Shown here: positions 1-9,939 of the stretch, piece by piece
Numbering within the stretch: position 1 is the stretch's first letter
Layout of the letters: the number at the start of each line of letters is the position of its first letter
Origin: Gemmatimonas sp.
GTDB lineage: Bacteria; Gemmatimonadota; Gemmatimonadetes; Gemmatimonadales; Gemmatimonadaceae
Direction of reading: 5' to 3'
Length of the DNA stretch: 64,000 bases
Assembly (NCBI GenBank): GCA_965279375.1
Contig: OZ257156.1
Coordinates: 3,840,001 to 3,904,000 of the forward strand
Notes under the pieces: generated by a model
The model's database searches: none
What the model saw: only the letters and a program-made list of their open reading frames with translations
What the model was told of the DNA's origin: nothing
Position numbers and translations under genes: made by a program

Positions 1-596
1 CCAACGCCGTCGGGCTCAATCAGCTCGGCAAGGACGTCGACCATCTCGCTCGCTGGCACCGCACACGCGACCTGAGGCCCAAGGGTTCTGCGCTCAATGA
101 CTTGGCGAGGATCGACATCCTTCCCGTTGGAGAGAAGGTCGCCGGCGTCGAGCCGGTATTCTCGCCGGATACGCCCCCATTCCCCGTTGCGGACGGCACG
201 GTGACGCTTCGCTACACCGCGGCCAGCGGCGCACGAGTCAAAGTGCGGGTCACCAACACGCACGCGGCGCCGTTGTACATCGCCGTGGTGCAACTGCAGG
301 ACGACCTCAGCGCATCCCTCTCGTACTACGGGTCGGTGCCCGCCATGTCGTCCGCCTACTTCGACGGTGGCAAGGCGTGGCGCTTCAAGGTGCCCGAGTG
401 GAAGGGCGACGGCGATTCGAGCCTCAGCATCTTCAAATCCATTGTCGCAACCAACCCGTTCAATCCGGAGCGTTGGTCCCTGCCTCCGCTAATAGGTGCA
501 TCGGGTACAAGCTCGCGAGGCGGCGGCGCTGATGTCGACGACGAAGTCGTCGCCCTTTGGGGCACTTCCTCCATGCGTGTGAAGACGGTGCGGTAG
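1..596 (+). CDS. Partial CDS (5' end outside window); C-terminal part of a hypothetical protein, possibly caspase-family associated
   Basis: The frame of ORF 102..596 stays open back to position 3 (NAVGLNQLGKDVDHLARWHRTRDL...). The HLARW and VRVTN...PLYIAVV segments resemble tails of bacterial caspase-domain proteins, but no catalytic domain is visible. Confidence 0.5.
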   Translation, partial: NAVGLNQLGKDVDHLARWHRTRDLRPKGSALNDLARIDILPVGEKVAGVEPVFSPDTPPFPVADGTVTLRYTAASGARVKVRVTNTHAAPLYIAVVQLQDDLSASLSYYGSVPAMSSAYFDGGKAWRFKVPEWKGDGDSSLSIFKSIVATNPFNPERWSLPPLIGASGTSSRGGGADVDDEVVALWGTSSMRVKTVR

Positions 597-681
597 CGCC
601 GCGATCCGTGCGGCGTGCTGAAACGCAACAGCGCCCTGAGCATGAGCCCAGAGCGCTGTCACGCATCGTGTGGTCCAACCA

Positions 682-765
682 TGCCCAGGACGAGGGTCGA
701 ACTCGTAAGACCTTGCGGTCGGGGGATTTTGAGTCCCCTGCGTCTGCCAGTTCCGCCACCCGGGC
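682..765 (-). tRNA. tRNA-Leu (anticodon CAA)
   Basis: Reverse complement GCCCGGGTGGCGGAACTGGCAGACGCAGGGGACTCAAAATCCCCCGACCGCAAGGTCTTACGAGTTCGACCCTCGTCCTGGGCA. Anticodon stem GGGGA/TCCCC, loop CTCAAAA, long variable arm, GTTCGA T-loop. CCA is not encoded. Confidence 0.97.
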
Positions 766-884
766 CACTCACGCGTACGACAATGCCGAACGCGTCAGCC
801 AAGTGTAAACGCGACCAACGCCGGCCGCCACCGCCAGCCCTGCACCAATCCGCCGGGGGTGCCGCCGAGCATTCGCAGACGCCG

Positions 885-1493
885 CTACGGGAACAGCGGT
901 GGGCGGCCGAGGCGCAACGCGCGTCTCGGCGCGACGACGCCGCTATCCGGCGTACCATCGCCCCCCATGCGTCGGCGCTGCATGTCCTGCATGCTTCGAC
1001 GCAGCTCGTCCTGTAATGCGAAATACCGCGCACGCTGCGACGGCGACAGGAACTTGGAAAGCTCGCGCTGCTCCTGCTCCATCAGGTCCAGACGGCGTCG
1101 CTCGAATTTGGGAATCTTGTCCAGCATCTCGGCGACACGATTCTCGTTCACGCGGTCCCCGGCCAACAGCTCCTGACGCAGCGCGAACCGCGTGGTCTGT
1201 TCGTCGTTTCGGAGCGTGCGCCGATCCTCTTCCATTCGCGCGGACACGTCCCGAAGCCTGACGAACTGATCGTCGCTGAGCGCCAGTCGCTTCCGGATGA
1301 CTTCGTTGATGCGCTCCTGCAGCCGACGCTCCACCGCGGCGCGCGCTGGACCAGGCGCCCGACGCGTCGGCGGCTGCTGATTCGTCGCGCCGACCGCCGC
1401 GGGCGGGCCACTCTGCGCTATAACGCGCGCTGCCGGCGTCGCCGCCAACACCAGCGCGCCGATAGCCACGGCTCTCTTCCAGCGCACGATCAC
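885..1493 (-). CDS. Secreted Spy/CpxP-like (periplasmic heavy-metal sensor type) helical protein
   Basis: Signal peptide, LALSDDQ and LSPSQRARY repeats, coiled-coil character. Overlaps the anti-sigma gene by 4 nt. Confidence 0.7.
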   Translation of the reverse strand: MIVRWKRAVAIGALVLAATPAARVIAQSGPPAAVGATNQQPPTRRAPGPARAAVERRLQERINEVIRKRLALSDDQFVRLRDVSARMEEDRRTLRNDEQTTRFALRQELLAGDRVNENRVAEMLDKIPKFERRRLDLMEQEQRELSKFLSPSQRARYFALQDELRRSMQDMQRRRMGGDGTPDSGVVAPRRALRLGRPPLFP

Positions 1494-2233
1494 TTGAGTA
1501 CTCCTCCGCTCGTCACGGTCACGATCGGGAGCGTGGGCATGACCTCAGACGACGACGCCCCGTCCCACTTGTCGAGCCGTTCCAGCATGCGCTCCAGCTC
1601 CGCGTCGGTGTAGTCGCTCAGATCGCCGACCGAGACCACGCCAACCGGCGCGGCGGTCTTCACAGTCGGCGACGCAGCTGCGACGACCGGAGCCGAATCC
1701 GCGCGTGGCGACAGCGTGTCAGTGAGGGTCGTCGCTTCGTTCGTCGGTTCGTTCGTCGCCGCGATGGGCGTCGACATCGTACGCACGGTCGCGTCGAGGC
1801 CCGAGCTTCCGCTGCGTGCGCTATACACAGACCAGCTGCCGACGGCCGCGACGGTCAGGGCGGCCGCGATCTGCCACAACCCACGACGCATCGGCGAGCG
1901 GCGCCGCACGCTTGGAGCCGATGCGATGTCGCGTACGCCGGTGCGCACGCCTTCACGTGCCGCATCACCCGGATCGGCAACCTTCGTGAGTGAAACGGGC
2001 GCACTCGCTGCGACCACTCGGTTCCGTTCGATCGTGGCGACGATGGCGCTGACGTCGAGGTGCACCGGCTGCGGCCGCACCGCGCGCGCCAGCGTGAGTA
2101 ACGCCACCTCGTCTCGGCAGGGCGCGCACTCTGCGATATGCGTCGTGACGCGCACCTTCTCGACGCCGGTGAGCGACTCCGCGACATAGTCGGGGAGTAG
2201 ATCACGAATTTCAGCGTTCATGCACTCAGTCAT
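1490..2233 (-). CDS. Zinc-binding anti-sigma factor (zf-HC2)
   Basis: N-terminal C...HIAECAPC (HxxxCxxC), one TM helix, directly downstream of an ECF sigma. Confidence 0.85.
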   Translation of the reverse strand: MTECMNAEIRDLLPDYVAESLTGVEKVRVTTHIAECAPCRDEVALLTLARAVRPQPVHLDVSAIVATIERNRVVAASAPVSLTKVADPGDAAREGVRTGVRDIASAPSVRRRSPMRRGLWQIAAALTVAAVGSWSVYSARSGSSGLDATVRTMSTPIAATNEPTNEATTLTDTLSPRADSAPVVAAASPTVKTAAPVGVVSVGDLSDYTDAELERMLERLDKWDGASSSEVMPTLPIVTVTSGGVLK

Positions 2234-2780
2234 CGAGAAACTCCTTCACCGCTCGCATCGCGTTGTGGTAGTGCACCCGCGTTGATCCTTCAGTCGAACC
2301 GAGAATCTCCGCGATCTCCTTGTAGCTTCGCCCCTCCTGCACACGCAGCGTGAAGACATCGCGCTGCATGCGCGTGAGCGACTTGATCGCCAGCATCATC
2401 CGCTGGGACGCCTCGTCGGCGACCAGCACATCGAGGGCGTCGTATTCGGTGGCCGAATCCTCGTCCTCCACTTCCACTTCCCTACCCCGTCGCGCTGTCG
2501 ATCGTCGCCGATCGATCACCAGGCGGCGCTCGATCGTGAACAGCCACGTCCTCAGCGAACTTTCCGAGCGAAAGCCGTCCAGTGCCGAGAAGGCGCGCAC
2601 GAACGTATCCTGTACGACCTCGTCGACATCCTCGCTGACGCCAAGGCGAACCGCGAAACGGGCGAGCGCTTGCGCGTGCCGCTGCACGATCGCCGTGGCT
2701 GCGCGCTCGTCGCCGCTCCGCCAGCGTTCGATAAGCGTCCGGTCGAGCGACGCGTCGTCTTCCCGTTCAGCCTCGATCAT
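2226..2780 (-). CDS. ECF RNA polymerase sigma factor
   Basis: Region 2 (DEVVQDTFVRAF, SLRTWLFTI) and region 4 (SYKEIAEILG...STRVHYHNA). Confidence 0.93.
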   Translation of the reverse strand: MIEAEREDDASLDRTLIERWRSGDERAATAIVQRHAQALARFAVRLGVSEDVDEVVQDTFVRAFSALDGFRSESSLRTWLFTIERRLVIDRRRSTARRGREVEVEDEDSATEYDALDVLVADEASQRMMLAIKSLTRMQRDVFTLRVQEGRSYKEIAEILGSTEGSTRVHYHNAMRAVKEFLDD

Positions 2781-2830
2781 ACGCTCCGGAACATTGGACG
2801 CTGCTTCGCTCCATACGTTAATCTGCCCGC

Positions 2831-3523
2831 ATGCCCGACATCATCGCCCACCGCGGAGCTTCCCGCGAGTGCCTCGAGAACACGCTGCCGGCCTTCGAGC
2901 GCGCCCTGGCGCAGGGGGCCGACGGTATCGAGCTCGACGTGCACGCTACCCGCGATGGCAAAATCGTCGTCCATCATGACCCGATGGTTCGCCGTCGCGT
3001 CGGGAGCAAAGGCCCGAACCACGTGCCGCTCGCCGAGCTGGACTTCGAGGTGCTGCACTCGCACCGGCTGCGCGATGGCCAGATGATTCCGTCATTGGAC
3101 GCCGTCCTCGACCTCGTGGGCACACGTGCGACGGTGTATGTCGAAGTGAAGGCTGTGGGAATCGAAGAGGCGCTCGCGGTCTGCCTCGAGCGTCATCCGG
3201 CCGCTCGCATTGCTGTGCACTCCTTCGATCACCGCATCCCGGTGGCGGTTCGCGCCAAGCGACCAGGAACGGCCATCGGACTGCTGAGCGCGAGCTACCC
3301 GCTCGACATTGGCACGGTCATCCGGCCCGCTGCCGCCGAGTACCTCTGGCAGCAGGCACAGCTCATTGACGAAGCGTTGGTCCGGGAGGCGCACGCCTCG
3401 GGCGCCTCGGTGATCGCCTGGACCGAGAATGATGCGGCCCACGCGCGCCGGCTGATCGAAATGGGTGTCGATGGTCTTTGCACCGACACTCCCGGCGCGC
3501 TACGGGCGCAGCTCTTCGGCTAG
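2831..3523 (+). CDS. Glycerophosphodiester phosphodiesterase
   Basis: IIAHRGAS, ENTLPAF, IELDV, VVHHD, GVDGLCTD motifs. Confidence 0.93.
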   Translation: MPDIIAHRGASRECLENTLPAFERALAQGADGIELDVHATRDGKIVVHHDPMVRRRVGSKGPNHVPLAELDFEVLHSHRLRDGQMIPSLDAVLDLVGTRATVYVEVKAVGIEEALAVCLERHPAARIAVHSFDHRIPVAVRAKRPGTAIGLLSASYPLDIGTVIRPAAAEYLWQQAQLIDEALVREAHASGASVIAWTENDAAHARRLIEMGVDGLCTDTPGALRAQLFG

Positions 3524-3544
3524 CGGTCCACTAAAGCTGCCCGA

Positions 3545-3913
3545 CTACTGCCCCGACGGCGGCCAATTGGTCACCGGCGCGGGTGCGACGGGTACTTCGG
3601 AGGCCGGCGGGTTGGACGGGGCCTGTCCGGCCGCAGCCGCACTGGCCCGCGCTGCCTCCAGTTCCTTCTCCAGGCGTCTTGCCTCCGCCTCTCGGCTTCG
3701 CAGAGCCTCCATCAGCCGATTGCGGGCATCCACGTCGAGCTCTCCGCCGGCATCAGCGGCGCGGAAGACTGCGTATCCGAGTGCTTCAGCCGCCTTGTCG
3801 GCCTGCTCACGGGCGCGGTAGGCATCGAGGCGAAGCTTTCCCTCGTCGAAGACGTCCTGTGCCGCCTTGCCAGCCTTGTCGATGCCCTGCTTGACCTTGT
3901 CCCAGATCGCCAT
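3545..3913 (-). CDS. Hypothetical coiled-coil protein
   Basis: SD AGGAG upstream, typical codon usage, amphipathic N-terminus WDKVKQGIDKAG. Confidence 0.75.
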   Translation of the reverse strand: MAIWDKVKQGIDKAGKAAQDVFDEGKLRLDAYRAREQADKAAEALGYAVFRAADAGGELDVDARNRLMEALRSREAEARRLEKELEAARASAAAAGQAPSNPPASEVPVAPAPVTNWPPSGQ

Positions 3914-4000
3914 CGTCGTCTCCTGAGTGTGTACGTATGCGCGTGGAACACACTACGCATCAGCGTCGTCCTAGTTACGCAACAAACCCTACCGCAATGC

Positions 4001-4030
4001 AAAAGGCCCCCACGCATGCGTGAGGGCCTT
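4001..4030 (-). terminator. Rho-independent terminator after rpmA
   Basis: On the minus strand, AAGGCCCTCACGC-AT-GCGTGGGGGCC-TTTT: a hairpin followed by a U-tract. Confidence 0.8.
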
Positions 4031-4049
4031 CGCAGAGATCACCGTCGGG

Positions 4050-4340
4050 TCAGGCTTCGACCGCGACTTCCGTGACTTCTTCGTACACGACGGGAACGAC
4101 GCTCACCTTGTAGCGGCGCTTGTTGTGGTGCTCGAACTGCACGACGCCTTCCACGAGGGAATAGATCGTGTAGTCGGTGCCCATGCCGACGTTCGTGCCC
4201 GGGTGCCACTTCGTTCCGCACTGGCGGAGGATGATGTTGCCCGGGGTGACGAACTCGCCGCCGTACTTCTTGATGCCGCGGAACTTCGGATTCGAATCGC
4301 GGCCGTTACGTGAAGAGCCGACGCCTTTCTTATGTGCCAT
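4050..4340 (-). CDS. rpmA: 50S ribosomal protein L27
   Basis: [31 protein letters not shown]. Confidence 0.98.
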   Translation of the reverse strand: MAHKKGVGSSRNGRDSNPKFRGIKKYGGEFVTPGNIILRQCGTKWHPGTNVGMGTDYTIYSLVEGVVQFEHHNKRRYKVSVVPVVYEEVTEVAVEA

Positions 4341-4390
4341 GATGCTAACTCCAGGAAGGGGGCGCGGCCGAATCGGCGCGCCGCCGGCGC

Positions 4391-4708
4391 TCAGCCGAGG
4401 GTGATGTCCTTGATGCGGACTTCCGTGAACTTCTGCCGGTGACCCTGCTTGCGGGCATAGTTCTTACGGCGCTTGAACTTGAAGACGATGATCTTGTCAT
4501 CGAGGCCGTGCTTCACGATTTCCGCAGTGACCTTGGCGCCGGTAAGCGTCGGAACGCCCGTGCGGACGCTCGATCCATCGGAGCCGAGGAGGACGTCGTT
4601 GAACTCGACGGCCGTGCCGGCATCGCCCAGCAAGGAGGGAATTCGAAGTGTCTTGCCCGGCTCGGCACGGAACTGCTTGCCACCGGTGCGGATGATCGCG
4701 TAGCTCAT
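4391..4708 (-). CDS. rplU: 50S ribosomal protein L21
   Basis: [26 protein letters not shown]. Confidence 0.98.
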   Translation of the reverse strand: MSYAIIRTGGKQFRAEPGKTLRIPSLLGDAGTAVEFNDVLLGSDGSSVRTGVPTLTGAKVTAEIVKHGLDDKIIVFKFKRRKNYARKQGHRQKFTEVRIKDITLG

Positions 4709-4746
4709 GGCTCTATCTTGTGAAGGCGTCTGAAACGTAGCCTAGA

Positions 4747-4775
4747 AGCTTACCCAGCTTCGGTTTAGCTGTCAA
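4747..4775 (-). promoter_or_regulatory. Sigma70-type promoter for rplU-rpmA
   Basis: Minus strand TTGACA (4775-4770), 17-nt spacer, TAAGCT (4752-4747). Confidence 0.75.
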
Positions 4776-4784
4776 CCCAACAGC

Positions 4785-6350
4785 CTAGGCCAACGCGTAC
4801 TGCTGTGTTACGTCCCGCTGTGCTCCCTTCATGACCAGTTTGATCTCGTCTGGCTTGAGGAGAGGATCGTCCCGCAGTTCGAGTCCGAAGCCGGCCAACT
4901 TCTCCAGCCGCTTCACGAAATCATGCTCCTGCTCCAACACGTGCAGCGCCACCTCGGGGTGCAGCCGAAGCGTGACCGGCTCCTTCCTGCCCTCGGCCGC
5001 CATACGGCGCACCGCCCGCTCCACCCGACGCACGATCGTTTCGGGGGTAAACACGCGGCCCGTACCGGTACAGGTCGGGCAGCTCTCCGTCATGCTCTGC
5101 CAGTGGCTCTGACGCACGCGCTGCCGCGTCATCTCGACCAGCCCCAAATCACTGACCGCAAATGCCTTGGTGCGCGCCCGATCGCGGCTCAGGTTCGAGC
5201 GCAGCTCGTTGAGCACCCGGTCGCGATTGGACTGCGTCTCCATGTCGATGAAGTCGCAGACGATGATTCCTCCCACGTCCCGCAGCCGTAGCTGACGGGC
5301 GATTTCCCGCGCGGCTTCGGTATTGGTCTTGAGGATGGTCTTCTCCGGGTCGCGCTTACCCGTGTAGCGCCCCGAATTCACGTCGATCGACACCAACGCT
5401 TCGGTAGGCTCGATGATCAAATAGCCCCCCGATGGCAAGTCACAACGACGCTTGAACAGGTCGCGGATCTCCGTTTCGATCCCTGCCTTGTCGAACAACG
5501 AGACGGTGTCCTCGTAGAGCTTCACGCGCTCCACCAACTCGGGCGCGATGCCCTGCAGATACTCGGTGATCTCGTTGAAGACCTGCTTGGAGTCCACCGT
5601 GACGCCTTCGACCTTGGCGCTGAACAGGTCGCGGATGAGGCCGCGCGTCACGTTCGTTTCGCGATGTACCAACGCCGGCGCACGCATGAACTGCGTCTTC
5701 CGCTTGATGCGCTTCCAGTTGTTCATGAGCGTGTTCAACTCACGCTCGAACGTCTCCGTGGTGGCATCTTCGCTGACCGTGCGCACGATGACACCGCCCG
5801 CGTCTTCCGGGAGGATTTCCGTCATCATCGCGCGGAGGCGCTGTCGCTCGCTGCGCTCGTCGATCTTGCGGCTCACGCCCACCTTCGACGCGAACGGCAT
5901 GTAGACGATGAACCGCCCGGCCAGCGAAACCTGCGCGGTGACGCGCGGTCCCTTGGTGGAAATGGGCTCCTTGCTGATCTGGACGAGGATGTCCTGTCCG
6001 CGCTTCAGCAGGTCCTGAATCGGCCGAACTTCGCGACGCCCACGACGACCGCCACCGCCACTGGCCTCTTCGCTGGAGGACTCGTCTTCGTCCTCGTCGT
6101 CGTCGTCATTCACCGAGGCATCGTCCACGACGACGTCGGCAGCATGAAGGAACGCGGACTTTTCCGTACCGATGTTCACGAAGGCGGCCTGGATACCCGG
6201 CAGCACTGCTTCGACCTTGCCCAGATACACATCGCCAACCATGCGACGCGCGTCTGGCCGATCCACGAGCAGTTCCACGAGCTGACCGTCCTCGATGATC
6301 GCGACCCGCGTCTCGCGCGGCGTCGCATTCACCAAGATCTCTCGCTTCAT
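4785..6350 (-). CDS. rng: Ribonuclease E/G family endoribonuclease (RNase G length)
   Basis: VLPGIQAAFV, KEPISTKGPRVT, SIDVNSG, LRLRDVGGIIVCDFIDM, CPTC zinc link. Confidence 0.93.
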   Translation of the reverse strand: MKREILVNATPRETRVAIIEDGQLVELLVDRPDARRMVGDVYLGKVEAVLPGIQAAFVNIGTEKSAFLHAADVVVDDASVNDDDDEDEDESSSEEASGGGGRRGRREVRPIQDLLKRGQDILVQISKEPISTKGPRVTAQVSLAGRFIVYMPFASKVGVSRKIDERSERQRLRAMMTEILPEDAGGVIVRTVSEDATTETFERELNTLMNNWKRIKRKTQFMRAPALVHRETNVTRGLIRDLFSAKVEGVTVDSKQVFNEITEYLQGIAPELVERVKLYEDTVSLFDKAGIETEIRDLFKRRCDLPSGGYLIIEPTEALVSIDVNSGRYTGKRDPEKTILKTNTEAAREIARQLRLRDVGGIIVCDFIDMETQSNRDRVLNELRSNLSRDRARTKAFAVSDLGLVEMTRQRVRQSHWQSMTESCPTCTGTGRVFTPETIVRRVERAVRRMAAEGRKEPVTLRLHPEVALHVLEQEHDFVKRLEKLAGFGLELRDDPLLKPDEIKLVMKGAQRDVTQQYALA

Positions 6351-6758
6351 TGTGTTATCCCGACCGACCGGGCGGCGGCGACTCCGCTGGACCCGATCGA
6401 CGATACACGCTGTGATCCCAAAAGACTGCCCGGTCGCGCCGGCATGGCGGCAACGCGGACGTCGTCACGGGCTCCCCCACCAAGCGCGTCCGATCGTTCA
6501 ACCCGGCCGCGCCCGGTACGTCGCGCGACCCGCGCGTAGAACGGCGGTCAGCACAAGGCCCAGGAAAAAACGCGACAGATTGCGATCGACGCACGTCGGC
6601 TGACGCGCGGTGGGGCGTTCGATGGGCGTCGGCCAAGGACACGCTGGTCCCGGACGGCCCCCACCAGAAACGCAAACGGCCCGTGAGTCGCACGGGCCAT
6701 CGGCGCCGGGTGTGACGGCTGCGAAACTTCTCAAACAGGGGCGAACACCAACGGGAGA

Positions 6759-6788
6759 AGTCTATACGGGACCGAACGTCTCCCGCAA
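6759..6788 (-). promoter_or_regulatory. Putative promoter ~400 nt upstream of rne/rng
   Basis: Minus strand TTGCGG (6788-6783), 18-nt spacer, TAGACT (6764-6759). Confidence 0.45.
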
Positions 6789-6849
6789 TCCATCCCGCAG
6801 GCAAACCCTGCCTCGCCTGCCGTCGCTGAAACGCTTCAGCGTGACCGAT

Positions 6850-8067
6850 TCAGTCGATCAGCCCCTTGAGCAGGTGCCGCGCGATGACGATGCGCTGGAT
6901 CTCGCTGGTCCCTTCGCCGATCTCGCAGATCTTGGCGTCGCGCATGTAGCGCTCAACCGGGTAATCCTTGGTGTAACCGTAGCCACCATGGATCTGGATC
7001 GCCTTGATGGTCACTCGCATGGCCAGCTCCGAGCAGAAGAGCTTCGCGATGGCCGCCTCCTTGCCGAACGGCTTGCCGTTCTGCGCCAGCCACGCGGCGT
7101 GGTACATGAGGTGCCGGCCCGCCTCGATTTCGGTCGCCATGTCGGACAGCGCGAACTGGATGCCCTGGAACGACGCGATGGCCTGGCCGAACTGCTTGCG
7201 CACCGAGGCGTACTTGAGCGCTTCGTCGAACGCGCCCTGCGCGATGCCGATCGACAGCGCAGCGATACCGATACGACCGGCGTCGAGCGTCTTCATGAAA
7301 TTGACGAAGCCGAGGCCTTCGGTTCCCAGGAGGTTCTCGGCCGGCACTTCGACGTTGTCGAACAGCAGTTCGCGTGTATCGGAGGAACGCCAGCCGAGCT
7401 TGTCTTCCTTCTTGCCGGAGGTGAACCCCTTCATCGAACCCAGCGACTCGTCGTGACCCACACCTACGACACGGCACGCCTCGAGGTCGACGCTGTCCTT
7501 GGTGAGGATGAACGACGAAATACCACGCGTTCCTGCGGACGGATCGGTCACGGCAGTGACGACGAAAATCTCGCCGACACCGGCGTGTGTGATGAATCGC
7601 TTGCTGCCGTTGAGGACGTAGTAGCCGTCCTTCTTGACCGCGGTAGTCTTGGTGCCACCGGCATCGCTGCCGGCGGTGTCCTCCGTGAGACCGAAACCGC
7701 CCAGCACTTTGCCGCTCGCGAGCAGCGGCACATAACGCTGCACCTGCTCGGGCGTGCCGAAGTTGACGATAGGCGACGTGCCGAGTGTCGTGTGCGCGCT
7801 GATGGTGATGGAGTGTGACGCGTCGATGCGACCGAGTTCTTCGATGGCGATCATGAAGCTCAGCGTGTCGAAGCCGGCGCCACCTACATCCTCGGACCAC
7901 GGAATGCCGAGCAGGCCGAGCTCACCCATGGCCTTGACGTTCGCCCACGGGAACGTCGAGTCGGCGTCGTGCTGCGCGGCAACAGGTGCCACCTGTTCGC
8001 GTGCGAAGGAACGCACCATGTCGCGCACAGCGAGATGCTGCTCGGAAAAATAAAGACTGTCGTCCAT
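6850..8067 (-). CDS. Acyl-CoA dehydrogenase (short/branched-chain type)
   Basis: [38 protein letters not shown]. Confidence 0.95.
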   Translation of the reverse strand: MDDSLYFSEQHLAVRDMVRSFAREQVAPVAAQHDADSTFPWANVKAMGELGLLGIPWSEDVGGAGFDTLSFMIAIEELGRIDASHSITISAHTTLGTSPIVNFGTPEQVQRYVPLLASGKVLGGFGLTEDTAGSDAGGTKTTAVKKDGYYVLNGSKRFITHAGVGEIFVVTAVTDPSAGTRGISSFILTKDSVDLEACRVVGVGHDESLGSMKGFTSGKKEDKLGWRSSDTRELLFDNVEVPAENLLGTEGLGFVNFMKTLDAGRIGIAALSIGIAQGAFDEALKYASVRKQFGQAIASFQGIQFALSDMATEIEAGRHLMYHAAWLAQNGKPFGKEAAIAKLFCSELAMRVTIKAIQIHGGYGYTKDYPVERYMRDAKICEIGEGTSEIQRIVIARHLLKGLID

Positions 8068-8092
8068 GTATTGCTCGGAGGGGAATGCGAAC

Positions 8093-9880
8093 TCAGGTCG
8101 TTCGTGGGCGGGACCGCGCGCGCGTCTTGGGTATCGCCTCGCGCGACGGTGGCACTACAGTGGTACCGAGACAACGATCGCACGCATCGCATTGCGCGCG
8201 CACTTCGGGGTCACCGAAATAGCGCAGCACGAACGCTCGACGGCAAGCACGTGTTTGCGCATATCGCTGCATTGCATCAAGACGACTGAGTTCGGACTGA
8301 CGTCTCCGTTCGAGTGCGTGCCAGTCCACCGGGAGCCACTTCGCGTCGCGACATCGCGCGTCAAGACGAAATCCCGCACCGGCGCGCGTCCACGAGACGA
8401 ATTGTTCCGCTTCCAGTCGTTCCAATACCGGGACGATTCCCATCGCCCCTCCGAAACCAGGTGGCAGTCCGTCGAGGTCCACGGCTGCGCCCGTGGCGAG
8501 GCGTTTGCCCGCCGCGCGCCACAACGCCCGCAGCACTTCGCGATCGTGGTCGCGAGCGCCGGTCAGCTCTTCGCTGATTCGTGACGGCGTTGCGAGCAGC
8601 CGGACCCAGACCCGACCGCCGGACGCGGACTCCGCGGTGAGCGCGCCAGCCGCTGCGAGCGCGCGCAAAGCAGCGCCCAGCTTGCGATCACCCGTCTTGG
8701 CGGGGAGCCGCGCGAGCAGATCGTCCGCAGAAAGCGCGATGAAGCCCTGCGTGTCGGCCTGCGTGCGAAGCAACTTCCACAGCTGCTCGATGAGCGCACG
8801 ATCAGGATGCGCTTGCTCGCAAAAGAACTCGTGCGTGAATCGATCCGGATACGAATGCAACAGCACACAGGTGCTCGGCTTGCCATCTCGTCCGGCACGT
8901 CCAGCCTCCTGATAGTACGCCTCGATCGAACCGGGCATCGCATGATGCACGACCAATCGGACGTCGGACTTGTCGATGCCCATGCCAAACGCGCTCGTGG
9001 CCACGATGACGCGCGCGCGCTCGTCCATGAACGCATCCTGCGCACGTTGGCGCGTGCTATCGTCCAGGCCGGCGTGATACGCGACGGCTTTGATGCGCGA
9101 CCTCACGAGCATGCCCGTCACGCGCTCGACGGCCTTTCGAGTTGGTGCGTACACGATCGCTGGCCCTGAGGCCGAGCGCAGCCAATGTACCGCCGCCTTG
9201 TCCTTGTCCTGCTGGATGCGCGTGGCGGCAACGTGATAGGTGAGGTTGATGCGGTCGAATCCGGCAACGACGATCTCGGGCTCGCGGAGCGCCAATTGCC
9301 GTGCGATGTCTTCGCGCACATCGGGCGTGGCCGTCGCAGTCAGGGCAACCGTTTGTGGCGAGCCCAGTTTCTCGCGAATCAGGCCAATGCGTCGATAGCT
9401 CGGCCGGAAGTCGTGTCCCCATTCACTGATGCAATGCGCTTCATCGATGGCCAGAAGCGCGACGCCGATGTCCACGAGTCGCTGAAGCGTGCGCCCGGCC
9501 TCCATGCGTTCCGGCGCCAGATAGAGCAGCTTGAGACTGCCGTCCTGCGCTTGGGCCATACGGTCGGCGACGTCGCTGCTGCTGAGCGTGCTGTTAATGA
9601 ACGCCGCGGGCAGTCCGCGCCGCTCGAGCGCATCGACCTGATCCTTCATCAGCGAAATGAGCGGCGAGATCACCACCGTGAGCCCGTCACGCATCAGCGC
9701 GGGCACCTGATAGCAGAGCGACTTCCCGCCGCCAGTGGGCAGCACCACGAGTGCGTCGCACCCGGAGAGAACCGCCTGCACGGCACGAATCTGCGGCGGG
9801 CGAAAGTCCGGGTAGCCGAACTTGTCGCGCAGCGTGGCACGCGCACCATCGAGTGTTCCAAACGCGTCTCGGCTCGTCAT
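8093..9880 (-). CDS. recQ: RecQ-family ATP-dependent DNA helicase
   Basis: [40 protein letters not shown]-terminal CRR...CDACDRC. Confidence 0.93.
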   Translation of the reverse strand: MTSRDAFGTLDGARATLRDKFGYPDFRPPQIRAVQAVLSGCDALVVLPTGGGKSLCYQVPALMRDGLTVVISPLISLMKDQVDALERRGLPAAFINSTLSSSDVADRMAQAQDGSLKLLYLAPERMEAGRTLQRLVDIGVALLAIDEAHCISEWGHDFRPSYRRIGLIREKLGSPQTVALTATATPDVREDIARQLALREPEIVVAGFDRINLTYHVAATRIQQDKDKAAVHWLRSASGPAIVYAPTRKAVERVTGMLVRSRIKAVAYHAGLDDSTRQRAQDAFMDERARVIVATSAFGMGIDKSDVRLVVHHAMPGSIEAYYQEAGRAGRDGKPSTCVLLHSYPDRFTHEFFCEQAHPDRALIEQLWKLLRTQADTQGFIALSADDLLARLPAKTGDRKLGAALRALAAAGALTAESASGGRVWVRLLATPSRISEELTGARDHDREVLRALWRAAGKRLATGAAVDLDGLPPGFGGAMGIVPVLERLEAEQFVSWTRAGAGFRLDARCRDAKWLPVDWHALERRRQSELSRLDAMQRYAQTRACRRAFVLRYFGDPEVRAQCDACDRCLGTTVVPPSREAIPKTRARSRPRTT

Positions 9881-9939
9881 CCGAGCAGCATACCCTTCAG
9901 AGACGCTCCGACGACATCAGAACAGCGCCTGAGATCACC

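Noticed and set aside
460..768. 102-aa ORF beginning MARVAELADAGDSKS
   Set aside because: It is a translation of the tRNA-Leu gene.
4341..4390. Prp protease gene or L27 N-terminal extension
   Set aside because: L27 starts with the canonical MAHKK and the gap is only 50 nt.
6355..6804. 149-aa ORF, or RNase P/SRP RNA, in the rng upstream gap
   Set aside because: The ORF has no protein-like features. The RNase P (GAGGAAAGTCC) and SRP (GGAAGGAAGCAGC-like) hallmarks are not seen. Kept only as a candidate leader.
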